A stretch of 64,000 nucleotides of DNA from an uncultured Gammaproteobacteria bacterium (GTDB lineage: Bacteria > Patescibacteriota > Patescibacteriia > CAIXNZ01), in the NCBI GenBank assembly GCA_964590345.1, contig CAZPVP010000001.1, positions 131,954 through 195,953 of the forward strand, read 5' to 3'. Under the pieces are notes generated by a model. That model was not told the origin of the DNA. It ran no database searches and saw only the letters and a program-made list of their open reading frames with translations. Of this stretch, positions 1-10,200 are shown piece after piece (within the stretch, counting starts at the first letter, position 1; each line of letters opens with the position of its first letter). Made by a program: the position numbers and the translations under genes.

Positions 1-719
1 AAAGGGAAAGATGAGGCTATTGGTGACGTATTCATATTAAAAGAAATCATCAATTCATCATTTAACATCGGAATTGTTGATTTAAAACCCTGTTCAGCCT
101 GATATAAAACTTTTTTAGTATAAATTAATTTACCGCCGAAGATTGACTCAATTTCCGAAGTTAATTCATCCAATTCTTCCAAATTATCAGAATAAATTGT
201 CACATATAAAGCAAATTGGAAAAATTTTTCGGTGCCTTGAGTTAAATCATCTCTTAATTTTTCTATATCTTGTAAAGCTGTTTCTACAATTGGATCTCTT
301 GGCGCACCTTTTTCTACATCTGACATTAATTGGGCTTGTAAATTGCCTACCTTTTTTTTCAACTGTTTTAAAATAATTTCTGACTTAACAGGATAAAAAA
401 ACATTGCTACGTCCAAAGTTTTGCTCAAATTAATTATCGGGGTAAACCAACCAACGCTAATATAACGAGGATAATTTAAAACAAAAAGCGTTCTAACATA
501 ATTATCAGCTAACTTTAAAAAACTTGGTTTAATTTCAAAGGCAGCAGGAGCAATTAAATCCTTAATATCAATCACCCCTTTTCTATAAATCCTTTCTTCC
601 TCTAAAGTAATTGCTGCTTCTTTAGCTATTGTTTCTTCTTTAGCCATAGTTTCTTCTGGTGTTGATTTTTTTTCAGCAGCTGTTTCTTTTTTAAATTGTG
701 AAGAAATTGGTAAAGGCAT
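1..719 (-). CDS. virB4: VirB4/TrbE-family conjugal-transfer ATPase, 5' portion; the gene continues beyond the window start.
   Basis: A minus-strand ORF starts at an ATG at about 719-717 and runs off the window edge, which is why it is absent from the ORF track. My translation is MPLPISSQFKKETAAEKK...DLIAPAAFEIKPSFLKLADNYVRTLFVLNYPRYISVGWFTPIINLSKTLDVAMFFYPV... This matches the conserved Gram-positive-type VirB4/PrgJ/TcpF N-domain block (AP..IE..P..L..G..Y.RTL.V..YPR.V..GWL). The Walker motifs would lie outside the window. Confidence 0.6.
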   Translation of the reverse strand, partial: MPLPISSQFKKETAAEKKSTPEETMAKEETIAKEAAITLEEERIYRKGVIDIKDLIAPAAFEIKPSFLKLADNYVRTLFVLNYPRYISVGWFTPIINLSKTLDVAMFFYPVKSEIILKQLKKKVGNLQAQLMSDVEKGAPRDPIVETALQDIEKLRDDLTQGTEKFFQFALYVTIYSDNLEELDELTSEIESIFGGKLIYTKKVLYQAEQGFKSTIPMLNDELMISFNMNTSPIASSFP

Positions 720-740
720 TTTGAAATAAAATAATAATTA

Positions 741-1394
741 TTATCTTGCTATATCTAACTTGCTAATATCGCGTAATTTTTGATTTTGTGCGGTTTTGGG
801 ATTATAAGTATTATAATAAAGCTCTATTAAACCTTGGGTATCCAAAACTGCTGTATCTAAACCTAATGATTTTAAGCTTGATTGTACATTAGCAATTCTT
901 AAATTTAATTCCTCTTTATATTCCAAAAATTTTTCTCGTTTAAGTTTAATTAACTGTCCAGATTTTAAAGTTTCTTTAAATCTTCCCCAAAAATTTTTAG
1001 CCTTAAATCCTGTTGGATTATAAGGTATAACTATAAAAAAATTTTTATTCATTATTTCGCCAATTTCAATTAATTCCTGAATATAATCCAAATAACCAGC
1101 AATTTGAACCCTTAACAGCTCATTAGTCTGTTTTTTATATGCTTCTCTCAATCGCTTTAGATAATCTTCTACATCAAGCTTTCTTGATTGTATAACTATT
1201 TGCAACGGATGATCTAATGTATTTAAAAATTCCATATAACTACCAATCAAAGCATTTTGCTCATCTTCAGATTTTAAGGCAAAGTTAATACTAGAACATA
1301 AAATTACCGCCCTTAATGTCCCGTCTTTAAGAATCACTGTATCCTCCTTAATTTCTGCTATATCCAAATATTTTTGAGTTGAAACTTTGGCCAT
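741..1394 (-). CDS. VirB4-like extreme N-terminal segment (217 aa). It is separated from the downstream VirB4 ORF only by an in-frame TAA-TAA.
   Basis: ORF-track protein. The stretch YLDIAEIKEDTVILKDGTLRAVILCSSINFALKSEDEQNALIGSYMEFLNTLDHPLQIVIQSRKLDVEDYL follows the VirB4/TraC N-terminal pattern (D..I.KDG.L.AV..L.GI.F.L.SEDE...L...L.LQ...R). It is in the same reading frame as the 1..719 ORF and ends 7 codons before that ORF's ATG. Confidence 0.5.
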   Translation of the reverse strand: MAKVSTQKYLDIAEIKEDTVILKDGTLRAVILCSSINFALKSEDEQNALIGSYMEFLNTLDHPLQIVIQSRKLDVEDYLKRLREAYKKQTNELLRVQIAGYLDYIQELIEIGEIMNKNFFIVIPYNPTGFKAKNFWGRFKETLKSGQLIKLKREKFLEYKEELNLRIANVQSSLKSLGLDTAVLDTQGLIELYYNTYNPKTAQNQKLRDISKLDIAR

Positions 1395-1493
1395 TACTAT
1401 AAATTTAATTATTAGTCAAAAACCGCTAATTTCTATTCATATTAAAATCTGTATGCTTCTCTGAATAAAAATCATTGGTTAATTTTTGTATTA

Positions 1494-1913
1494 TTATTCT
1501 TCTTCTTTATAAGCACCGCCAGTATTAACCACCAATGCTAAAGAAGAAAGCCGAGAAGTAGGCAGCGGTTCTTTTTTTATGAATTCTTTTTCAACTTCAG
1601 CTTTCTCTTTAGGGGGGAGAGATTTTACTTTTTCTTTCTTCCAAATTCTTAAACTGGGTCGTCTTAATGTTTGAATAATATTCAAAAAAAAGAAATGAAA
1701 AGGCATACCATTGACTTTAAAAAAAGCAAAAACGCCAAAAATAACAGTCACTATAACAACAACAACAACAAAAGTATTAAAATAAAAAATTTTATAAAAA
1801 ATAAAATCAAGCATACCAGCCACCAGCATAATTAAAAATTGTCTAGTCGTTATTGAGCCGATAATCTTGCTCTCAACATCAATAAATTGTGGCACTAAAA
1901 ATTGATCCGGCAT
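1494..1913 (-). CDS. PrgI/VirB3-like small T4SS membrane protein (139 aa)
   Basis: The N-terminus PDQFLVPQFIDVESKIIGSITTRQFLIMLVAG is followed by two hydrophobic helices. Size, topology and the TxRQ motif resemble the PrgI/VirB3 family. It lies immediately upstream of the VirB4 segments, which is the canonical VirB3-VirB4 order. Confidence 0.5.
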   Translation of the reverse strand: MPDQFLVPQFIDVESKIIGSITTRQFLIMLVAGMLDFIFYKIFYFNTFVVVVVIVTVIFGVFAFFKVNGMPFHFFFLNIIQTLRRPSLRIWKKEKVKSLPPKEKAEVEKEFIKKEPLPTSRLSSLALVVNTGGAYKEEE

Positions 1914-1916
1914 AAC

Positions 1917-3329
1917 TTAATATTTTAATTTTTTATTCAAATCCATAATTGCTTTAAATTCATCTAAAGAAAAGGTGTCTTTATCCTCAACGATTTTTTC
2001 AAATGATTTTCCTTCCTTAATTGCCTGATTCATGATATCAGCATAAATTTTATAAAGTGGGCTGCTTTTCAAAGCCTTAATCCCCTGCACTCTTTTAGCA
2101 ATTGACTCATCCTCCAAAAGATCCAGTTTAACTATTATTTTATTAACTGCTTCTTGAGGATCTTTGGACAGCCGACGAAAATCTTCTGTCTTAAAAACTG
2201 ACAATTCTTCAATCGGACCAACTAATTTTCTTGTAAATTTAACATCTTCAACTTTTGGCCTGCCTTCTGCTCCCTGATCAATTTTTTTAATTAAAGGCTG
2301 ATTAATTTCTTCTTGGCTTGATTCAGCTGGCTCTGGTTCAGCTGGCTCTGGTTCAGCTGGCTGTGATGCTGTTGATTGAGCTTGGGCTGAATCAGATTGC
2401 GGCGAACCAGATGGCTGAAAATTTGACTCGTTTTTTTCCTTTTCTATTGCTGGCGCTGGCGGAGCCAATTCCTCTTTGCTTTCCAAAAATTCTTCTTTTT
2501 CCTCAATTACCTCGGCCAATTCTTCTTTTTTGGGATGCACCCTTTCCTTGTCACCTAATTCTCTTTTTATTGCCTCTTTTTTGGCTAATTCTTCAAATTC
2601 CACCCCTCCTTTTTCTCTCTCAAGCAACTGATCAATAGTCACGTCTTCAGTAATTTTTTCTTTTTCTTGAGGAAGCTTAACTTTTGCTTCAACATCTATT
2701 TCTTCTTCTTCTGGCACTTTTTTTCTAAAGCTTGCCTCTTCTTTTTCTAATTCTTGAGTTATTAAATTAAGAACATCAATCCCCCTTTGAGCGTATTTTG
2801 TTTTTTTTCTTTTTAAAATATTAATTAAATCTTGAGCTTCTTGCTGATCAAAATCCAAACCGCCGACTTTATGGCTCTTGCTTAACACGGCTATTGTTTC
2901 ACTATCATCCCTTACATCACGGAACCAATTAAAAATAATATTTTCAAATCTTTTTTCAAATTTTTCATTAATTTTCAAATTGGCTTCTTTTTTTATTTCT
3001 TTAATGATTTCTTGCAAATTATTTTTTTCCTTATTTTCAGCTTTTGTTTCACTTTCTTCTGCTGCTTTTTGCGCTTCTTTGGGCAACAAAGGCAAAATTT
3101 TATCTATTAAATCATAAACAAAATCCAAAGCCACTGAAAAATCAAGATTAGCTTTTTCTTCTAATTCGCTGGCTAAATCATTTTTTTCTATTGCCCCCCC
3201 CAAATAATCTTCTATTGCTCCTATAATAATCTCCTCTTTCTTTTCTTCAATTTCATATTTTTTAAATAATCCCTCTATTTCAGTAGCAACATCTATCTCG
3301 TTTAAATATTTTTTGATTTTATTTGGCAT
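1917..3329 (-). CDS. Hypothetical acidic E/K-rich coiled-coil protein with a Pro-Ala-Glu repeat linker (470 aa), T4SS-locus associated.
   Basis: ORF-track protein with no TM segment. It contains a PAEPEPAEPEPAE low-complexity stretch. It is tightly packed, with a 3-nt gap to the downstream gene, in a co-directional operon. No recognisable catalytic motif. Confidence 0.6.
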   Translation of the reverse strand: MPNKIKKYLNEIDVATEIEGLFKKYEIEEKKEEIIIGAIEDYLGGAIEKNDLASELEEKANLDFSVALDFVYDLIDKILPLLPKEAQKAAEESETKAENKEKNNLQEIIKEIKKEANLKINEKFEKRFENIIFNWFRDVRDDSETIAVLSKSHKVGGLDFDQQEAQDLINILKRKKTKYAQRGIDVLNLITQELEKEEASFRKKVPEEEEIDVEAKVKLPQEKEKITEDVTIDQLLEREKGGVEFEELAKKEAIKRELGDKERVHPKKEELAEVIEEKEEFLESKEELAPPAPAIEKEKNESNFQPSGSPQSDSAQAQSTASQPAEPEPAEPEPAESSQEEINQPLIKKIDQGAEGRPKVEDVKFTRKLVGPIEELSVFKTEDFRRLSKDPQEAVNKIIVKLDLLEDESIAKRVQGIKALKSSPLYKIYADIMNQAIKEGKSFEKIVEDKDTFSLDEFKAIMDLNKKLKY

Positions 3330-3345
3330 AATTTATACTTTTTAT

Positions 3346-4377
3346 CTATAAAGGCCTTTCAAATAATAAACCGGCTTCAATTGCTAACAAGCTTTTTTTT
3401 ACAATATCACTAATTTTAGCCAAAATTTCATTATTAATTTCTTTGTTAGCTAATACTTCACTGGCATTAGTCAGGGCTTTTTCATAATAGTCTAATTTTG
3501 CTTCATTTAATTTCGCGTTTTTGGCTAACAATTTCTTCTGATAAGCTTTTAAAATACTGTTTGCTTTAAAAACGGCCTTTTTTAATAACTCCAAATTACT
3601 TTTATCTACCTTTTCTTTTAATTCCATAACCTTTTTAATCTCTTTGGGCCAAGTAAAATCTTTAGCTTCTCCTTGTTCAACTTTTATTAATTCTAATTCA
3701 GCCAAAATATCTCGATGCAAAACTTTTTGCACTGCCAAGTATTTTTCTCGAGCTTCTACAAATTTAACTAAATCTTCGGCCAAATCCAAGACCTTGTCTT
3801 CAGCTATTCCCTTATTTATCAACTTAACTTTCAATTTTTTTATTTTTTCTTCGCGATCCATTAATTCACCTGTTGCATAAACAAAATCACTCGGAGCTAA
3901 AATAGGATCTTCGGCTAAAATTTGATTTATCTCTTGCGCATCAATAATATCAGGGGGAGGAAATGAAAAATCAGGCGCTTCAGGCATTGTTTCATTATTT
4001 AAAAACCATTTTTTGCTTTCCTGATAATTTGAATTTAATTGGTCAAGGTTCATTACGTTTACTTGGGGCAAACTAGGCAATTTTTTAGACAGCTCTATTT
4101 TTTTCTGAACATTTTCTTTCAATTCCTTGGGCACCAAATTTTCATAAATTGAATGTAATTTTAAGCCAACGTTAATAGCCAAATTTTGATCCAATTTTAA
4201 TCGCTTTTCTAATTCATTGCTTAAAGCAAATAAAATTATTTTGCCTTCAAGTAAATCTTTAAAAATATCCTTAATTAAATCCTGTTTTGGGGCTGAAATT
4301 TTATATTTTTGAAATACTTTTTTTAAAGCTTTTTGAAAATCTTGAGAATTTAAAAATTCTTTTATCGCTTTATCCAT
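3346..4377 (-). CDS. Hypothetical coiled-coil protein (343 aa), T4SS-locus associated.
   Basis: ORF-track protein with no TM segment and long heptad-like K/E/L-rich regions. It sits between the VirB6-like gene and the acidic protein gene with 16-27 nt spacers. Confidence 0.6.
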   Translation of the reverse strand: MDKAIKEFLNSQDFQKALKKVFQKYKISAPKQDLIKDIFKDLLEGKIILFALSNELEKRLKLDQNLAINVGLKLHSIYENLVPKELKENVQKKIELSKKLPSLPQVNVMNLDQLNSNYQESKKWFLNNETMPEAPDFSFPPPDIIDAQEINQILAEDPILAPSDFVYATGELMDREEKIKKLKVKLINKGIAEDKVLDLAEDLVKFVEAREKYLAVQKVLHRDILAELELIKVEQGEAKDFTWPKEIKKVMELKEKVDKSNLELLKKAVFKANSILKAYQKKLLAKNAKLNEAKLDYYEKALTNASEVLANKEINNEILAKISDIVKKSLLAIEAGLLFERPL

Positions 4378-4404
4378 ATAAAATAATCTTAATTAAAAAT
4401 CATT

Positions 4405-7197
4405 CTATCCCTCGCCTTCTTGCTCTCCCTCCTCTTCCTTACCTGCCAATATATTGAAACTCCTAATTTCTGTAATTAAACGGTTTATTTCATTTTGCAT
4501 TGCTTCTCTGTTATCAGCCTTTCTGTATTCGTCTAAATTATCCCTTGCTTCATTTATTCTGCTTTCGTCAACCTTTACACCAGATTCTTTTAATTTATCC
4601 ATATAACCTTCTAATTGACGAAAAATGCTTTCTACTTGAAAACCTGCATCTTTTGTTGGTGTTTCAGCTTTAGAAATAACAGATAAGCTGGTATTTAAAT
4701 TATTTACTACATTATTAGAAACACTTCTAATATCTCCAGCTTGTTTTCGATCATAAGGAAACAAATTCCTTTCTCTTTCTTTAAAAGCGTCCATATCCTC
4801 TCGCTCTGCTGCTTCAGGGACAGTTGGCGGTGATGGAGGACCAACAGCTTGAATCTTATCCTTTATATTACTATTAAGCCGGCTGGGGTCCAAAGCTGTA
4901 AAGCCCTGCCCTTGACTGCCTTGTACTGGCCGGCCCGAAGCATCATATTCAGTAGTTAATTTGGCTCTTAAATTATTCAACTGAGCTAACTCTTGGTCAT
5001 CAATCAAATCCCGATCAGCAGTCGGATCAAATTCCTTATAATGTTCTAAGGCAGCTTTGCGATAATCTTCATGGCTTTCATCAGGTTTTCTGCGGCGGTA
5101 AACATCTTCTGCTAATTGAGCGCTGTCTTCAGTTAAAGTCGTCACTCTTTTTTCTTCACCGGTTATTGGATCGCGCTCTACTCTTTCTTCAGTTTCAAGC
5201 ATATCTTTTCTGGCATCACTTGAAGACACAATAAAATCTAATTTTTTAACCAGTCTATTGCGTGCCGGACCAGCTAAACTGCCAATAAATTGATTATTAG
5301 CTGCGCCGGTTAACTCTGCTACAGCATGTTTTTGCTGACGATTAATATCTTCTTGCCAAACTTGGCGGTCAGGATTCTTTTGCCAATTTTCCCGAGCTGC
5401 GCGCGCTTTTTCATCGCCAGCTGGATCACCAACACGAGGGGCATCAGGCACTTCACCAGGATTACCAAAGCCAACCCTGTTTGCTTGCTGGACAAAGCGG
5501 TCTTTTTGCGAATTTTTAACAAAATTCTTAACTTCAGAAAAATCATCGCGAGCCTGAAGTGTTTGCGTATCCGGATCCCAGCGCAAAGGAGAAACTGGCA
5601 CTCTGCTGCCTCCTGCCTGTTCATTTTTCCTTTCTAAATTTTCGCCAAAATCAATTTGTTCTGGCTCATTCATTTTTTTAAACATCCCGCCGCGACGCAT
5701 TTGGGCCACATGAGTAGGATTTAAGGCGCCTTGTTCAGCTAAACCATTGGCAAAAGCTTCCATTTTTGTTCTATCTTTCTGCTTTGCCGCTTTTTTCAAT
5801 CCTCGGCTCATAGCAACAGGGTCCTGATACTGGCCCGTCTTTTTTAATTCCTTTAACATGCCTTCTGATTGCTTCCTTTGAACTTGTCTTTTATCTAATG
5901 GTGTGCCGCTTAAAAAGGACCCAACCCTGGCCTTGCCACGCTCATAAGCTTCTCTTCTACCTCTTTTTGTTGCTAAACGCGCCGGACCGCCACGCCGATA
6001 AGCTCTTTGACCCATTCGCGCCATAGTCGGTCTAACGGCTTTAGTATAAGGAGCTTTAACCGCTGCTTTTGTGCCTGCCATTCCTCGCCTGGCTGCGCCT
6101 TCCAATTTTCGACCGCCCCAGGCCCTGCCTCGTTTAATTGCGCCGCTTGCCATACCTGAACCAACAACAGAAAACTGCCCGCTATATTGCAAACCAGCAA
6201 CTAATAAAATAGTGCTAATAATAAATGCTAAAATATTATTCCATTTACCAGCGGCAGAAAAAGTGCCTTGGGCTGTTTCTTGCGCCGCTTCTTGGCAATC
6301 AGCTACCTTTATAAAAGCGCAAGGATCTTTAGATAATTGAGCCATGGTCAAAAGTGACAGCCAAAGGAAAAAAGCCAAAAATGGTCCAATCATGCAATAT
6401 TTCATAAACATGCTCCACCAACGTTTTGATACAGATCCTATGCCTGTTTCTTCAAAAACATAAGCAAAAAAAGCCAATGGCGAAAAAACAATTAAAATCC
6501 ACAAAGCTATTATCCTGAAAACCAATTGGACTAAAAAGATTATCATAATTATCACCAATATAGTCGTATAAACTGCGCCCAATATACTGGCGCCAATTGC
6601 CTTGACCGCATCACCACCGCCTGAAACTTCAGCTTGTTCATTAGCTTTAAACCAATCTATCATGCCTGTGCCGCCAAAAATATTGCCTTCAGTAATGCCG
6701 ACAATGGAATTAACAAAAGTCAGCATTACTACCTGGAAAAAATCAATAATTATACCGCAAATAGTTCTGCTAAAATTAACTAAAATAGCCATAATCAAAA
6801 GCTTGCCTAAAAGCTTGTTCCATTGATATTTCTCTATTTTTAAAACAGTAACAAAAGCAATAAAAAGCAAACCCAGAATAAAAAACATATTAACTATATC
6901 GCGCATCATTTTCCAGCCATCTTTTACAAAAGGAGAATTAATAAAATCATTATATTGAGCAACAATGACAACCCCTTTCATAATTAAAACTAATAAATTA
7001 CCGCAAATCCAAATCCAAACCTTAACTAAAAAATTTATGCCCGCAACCATCCAGGTCAGAACATGACCAGTCCATTTAGAGGCTTCTTCTGCCGCCCAAA
7101 CTGTTTCAACATTAAAAAACAAACAGGCAATTACAACTAAAAAAACTGCTATCATTAAACTGGCTAAAATTTTTTTATTTTGAAATTTTTTCAGCAT
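4405..7197 (-). CDS. VirB6/TrbL-like polytopic membrane protein with a long hydrophilic C-terminal extension (930 aa)
   Basis: It has a signal/anchor sequence followed by about 7-8 hydrophobic helices in the first ~330 aa, for example WMVAGINFLVKVWIWICGNLLVL and ILVIIMIIFLVQLVFRIIALWILIVF. A ~600 aa charged tail follows. This topology is typical of VirB6/TcpH/PrgH-type channel subunits. It includes a striking Arg/Gly/Ala-rich basic segment: GRAWGGRKLEGAARRGMAGTKAAVKAPYTKAVRPTMARMGQRAYRRGGPARLATKRGRREAYERGKAR. Confidence 0.55.
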   Translation of the reverse strand: MLKKFQNKKILASLMIAVFLVVIACLFFNVETVWAAEEASKWTGHVLTWMVAGINFLVKVWIWICGNLLVLIMKGVVIVAQYNDFINSPFVKDGWKMMRDIVNMFFILGLLFIAFVTVLKIEKYQWNKLLGKLLIMAILVNFSRTICGIIIDFFQVVMLTFVNSIVGITEGNIFGGTGMIDWFKANEQAEVSGGGDAVKAIGASILGAVYTTILVIIMIIFLVQLVFRIIALWILIVFSPLAFFAYVFEETGIGSVSKRWWSMFMKYCMIGPFLAFFLWLSLLTMAQLSKDPCAFIKVADCQEAAQETAQGTFSAAGKWNNILAFIISTILLVAGLQYSGQFSVVGSGMASGAIKRGRAWGGRKLEGAARRGMAGTKAAVKAPYTKAVRPTMARMGQRAYRRGGPARLATKRGRREAYERGKARVGSFLSGTPLDKRQVQRKQSEGMLKELKKTGQYQDPVAMSRGLKKAAKQKDRTKMEAFANGLAEQGALNPTHVAQMRRGGMFKKMNEPEQIDFGENLERKNEQAGGSRVPVSPLRWDPDTQTLQARDDFSEVKNFVKNSQKDRFVQQANRVGFGNPGEVPDAPRVGDPAGDEKARAARENWQKNPDRQVWQEDINRQQKHAVAELTGAANNQFIGSLAGPARNRLVKKLDFIVSSSDARKDMLETEERVERDPITGEEKRVTTLTEDSAQLAEDVYRRRKPDESHEDYRKAALEHYKEFDPTADRDLIDDQELAQLNNLRAKLTTEYDASGRPVQGSQGQGFTALDPSRLNSNIKDKIQAVGPPSPPTVPEAAEREDMDAFKERERNLFPYDRKQAGDIRSVSNNVVNNLNTSLSVISKAETPTKDAGFQVESIFRQLEGYMDKLKESGVKVDESRINEARDNLDEYRKADNREAMQNEINRLITEIRSFNILAGKEEEGEQEGEG

Positions 7198-7212
7198 TTT
7201 AAAAAAATAAAT

Positions 7213-10200
7213 TTATGGACTAGACGCGCCACCTTCAGGTGATGAATTGCCTTCATGTTTGCAAACATCGCCATTCCAAGAACAACCAATTTTGTTTTCA
7301 CACTCTGTTTCATCTTTATAATAAGCGCAGGTATCAATCAAAAAAGGATAATAAGTCAAGCAAGCATAGGGTTGATAATCAGAAGTCGTTTCATAAAAAT
7401 CCTGGTAAATCCCGTCATAAAGCGGATTTGAAGTATCAAATTCTAAACACATACCTTCAAGGCCAAAGATTGCTTTTCTATTTTCTATATCTTTACAATT
7501 TGCGAGTTCTTCAGGATTGTCCGGATCATAATATGGATTACAGTCAGATGCCTTACTGCAAACTTGCCCCTTTGCTTCTTCAGGCATGGTACAAATTTTT
7601 GCCGGTGAATCACCTAAAGGAAAATAAGTTGTATAACCTCCTGCTTTAACTTGTTCATAAGAACAAGCAGTACCAATATCTTTTAAGTCTACAGATTGAC
7701 TATATAAATTCGGTATATCTTTATATTCTTGCTCTTCTGATAATTGATAAGGCAAGGGTGCGTTCTGTTCAGGGAATATTTTACAAATTGCTTCTGTATA
7801 ACGTTCATCTGCTGTCCTGCCCAATTTATTCAAATGAAAATATTGTTCAAATTCTTTATCATTTAACTCTGTCTCTAAAGGGAAACGATTAGGGATAGTA
7901 TAACCAGAGTAATCACCTGCGCGCCATTGCGTTAACTGCGTTAACGGGCCTATGCCGAAACGATAAATATAACCTTCTTTGTTATTATAATCGCTTATTC
8001 TTTTTATTGTCATTGGCTCTTCTTGCAAACTATATCGTACATTATCTTTTGGTGCTCTAACTAACTCGCCTCCCTGCCATTCAGTTAATAATCTAACGCA
8101 TTCACTGGCTTCGCGTTCAGCGCACAAATTAACTTGCTGACAAAAACCATTTTCGTCTTTTTCTGTGCAAACGGCCCATTGCTCACAATTACGGTCCTTT
8201 GAAACTTTTATTGTCTCAAAATTATTATTTGCTGTATTTAAAAATTCTACACAGCCATTATTCCAATCAACTTCTGTACAGCTTGACCTGTCAACATTAA
8301 CTCCTAAATCTATAACATAATAACTGTCTTCTGTATTGTCTTTGACTTCAACCTGGTCATAAATTATATAAGAATCGGGGCAGTTGTTTTTTTCAGCGCT
8401 TTTATTCCCATTAAGCGGGGCATATAAGATTAAATTGAAATCAAGCAAATCATCAAATTCGTTCCATGTAAGATCCTCTTCTTCGCAGCTTTTTTGAGAT
8501 TTATAATCAGAATTTTCACACTCACCAAGCGGCACCGAATATAAAATTTCTACTTTTTTCCAGTCAGTTTCAGCTGTATAAATAATTGGTTCGGCTCCCC
8601 TTTCTGAATCAACCGGCCTAAATTCAAAAGCTGCTTCTGGCATTGGGCAATCATTGCCCACGCCTTTTGAATCTTCATTCATTTTATAATAAAAAGAAAT
8701 TTTATAAGCTTTACCTTTTTCTAAACGGACAAGTTTTTGGCTAATACCATAAGGGGGGGCTTCACATTCTTCATATAAAGGCGTACTTGGGCAATCTTGA
8801 GCAGTTTCTTTTATTAATTTAATAGCTGTTTCACCGGCCTGGACATCATCTATTTCTTTATCCTGGCTGCCAGAACTAGCCGCTACAGTCACCCAATTTG
8901 ACAAACCACCAGTCGGATCACGGGTTTCAAAACCACCGTTAAAGACAAAATTAGGATTAATATCTAAAAATTCAGTGCAACCATTCCATTCTTCACTGCA
9001 TTTTCCGACATAACCTTTATATTTATTTGCCTCATAAACTTTATAAATACTAAACGGATAAGCTAAACATTGAGAATTAAGCCATTCGCCTCTTTTTAAC
9101 AAACAGGTTTCTTCATCTTTTATTTCAGGCAAAATTAAAGTGCATTGATCATATTTTTCACTCCACTCTCCGCCATTATCTTGACAATCCTCTATATTAT
9201 CAAAAAGCAAGCCGCCACAGCCAAGTTTAGGATTGCCTTTTTTAAACCAGCCTTCAACCTTTTGACCATTAATTAAATTTTGCTTATACTCGCAAAGTTT
9301 GGTTGGCTCAATTTTATAATACTCTGAAACACCCTCTTCATTAATTAATTCCGTACAACCTAAAGCGTCATGATTGCATAAAATGGCGTCTGGCACATTA
9401 ACATATTTGTCCGGATTATTCTTTAAATAAACTTCTTGAAAAGTTATATTCTCTACATCTTCAAAGTTTGGCTTGCCTAAACGCTGACAACCTTTATCAT
9501 TATCAGAACAGCTATAATTATCATTCAAAACTAAAGTGGTTAATTCATCTTCAGCTACTGAATAATCATCCAAAGGCGAGGCATTCTCATTATTAAAAGT
9601 CTGGCCATGTGGATTGACTGAATTTTTAGTATCAACTAAAATTTGACAACCGACTGCGCTTTCTCTACATAGATTAGTAAACGATCTAAGATAATGAGTC
9701 TGTCCTAAAATATCCTCATAAGCTTGACAACCTATCATTTCTCCCTTTTTAAATACGCCGTAAAATGTTCTATCACAGCTGTCTGGCGTTGACCAACTAT
9801 CTTTAATAGCATAAACATTATCTTTAACCACTTTTAATAAAATATTATCCAAATAAACTTTATTATCAAGGGAATCAAAGATTAAACTGTTATTTTGCAA
9901 ATCATCCCAGCTAACATAAACCGGCCCTAAAGTATAATTTTGCCAGTCCGTAGTCAATCTTACCGTTTGGTTCTCCAAGGTAGCGAAATTTTCCATGGTT
10001 GTAGCATTACCGTCATCTACTGCTGTGCTAAATCTAACTGCGATTACTTCACCTGCTGGATTGTCAGTCTTTGCCCAAAATGACAAAGTGTATAAATTAC
10101 CCCGTTGAATATCAATAAATTTATGAATACTGTTTACTTCTTGCTGAGGAATCAATAAAGAATGGCCGCCTACTGCTATTGATTCGCCAACTCTAGTTAA

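Noticed and set aside
143-376. 77-aa plus-strand ORF
   Set aside because: It lies entirely antisense within the VirB4-like coding region. Its product is hydrophobic/low-complexity with no motif, and the minus-strand frame there is clearly conserved VirB4 sequence.
2318-3117. Plus-strand ORFs 2318..2638 and 2878..3117 antisense to the 470-aa acidic protein gene
   Set aside because: They are alt-frame artefacts of a repetitive E/K/P/A-rich coding region. The repeats LALVQLALVQLA mirror the PAEPEPAEPE repeat on the other strand.
5319-6826. Cluster of overlapping ORFs (5319..5624 -, 5326..5637 +, 5973..6200 -, 6071..6340 +, 6602..6826 +) inside the VirB6-like gene
   Set aside because: They are caused by the locally GC-rich composition, which leaves few stop codons. 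None has an RBS or coherent protein-like sequence. The long minus-strand frame is continuous through them.
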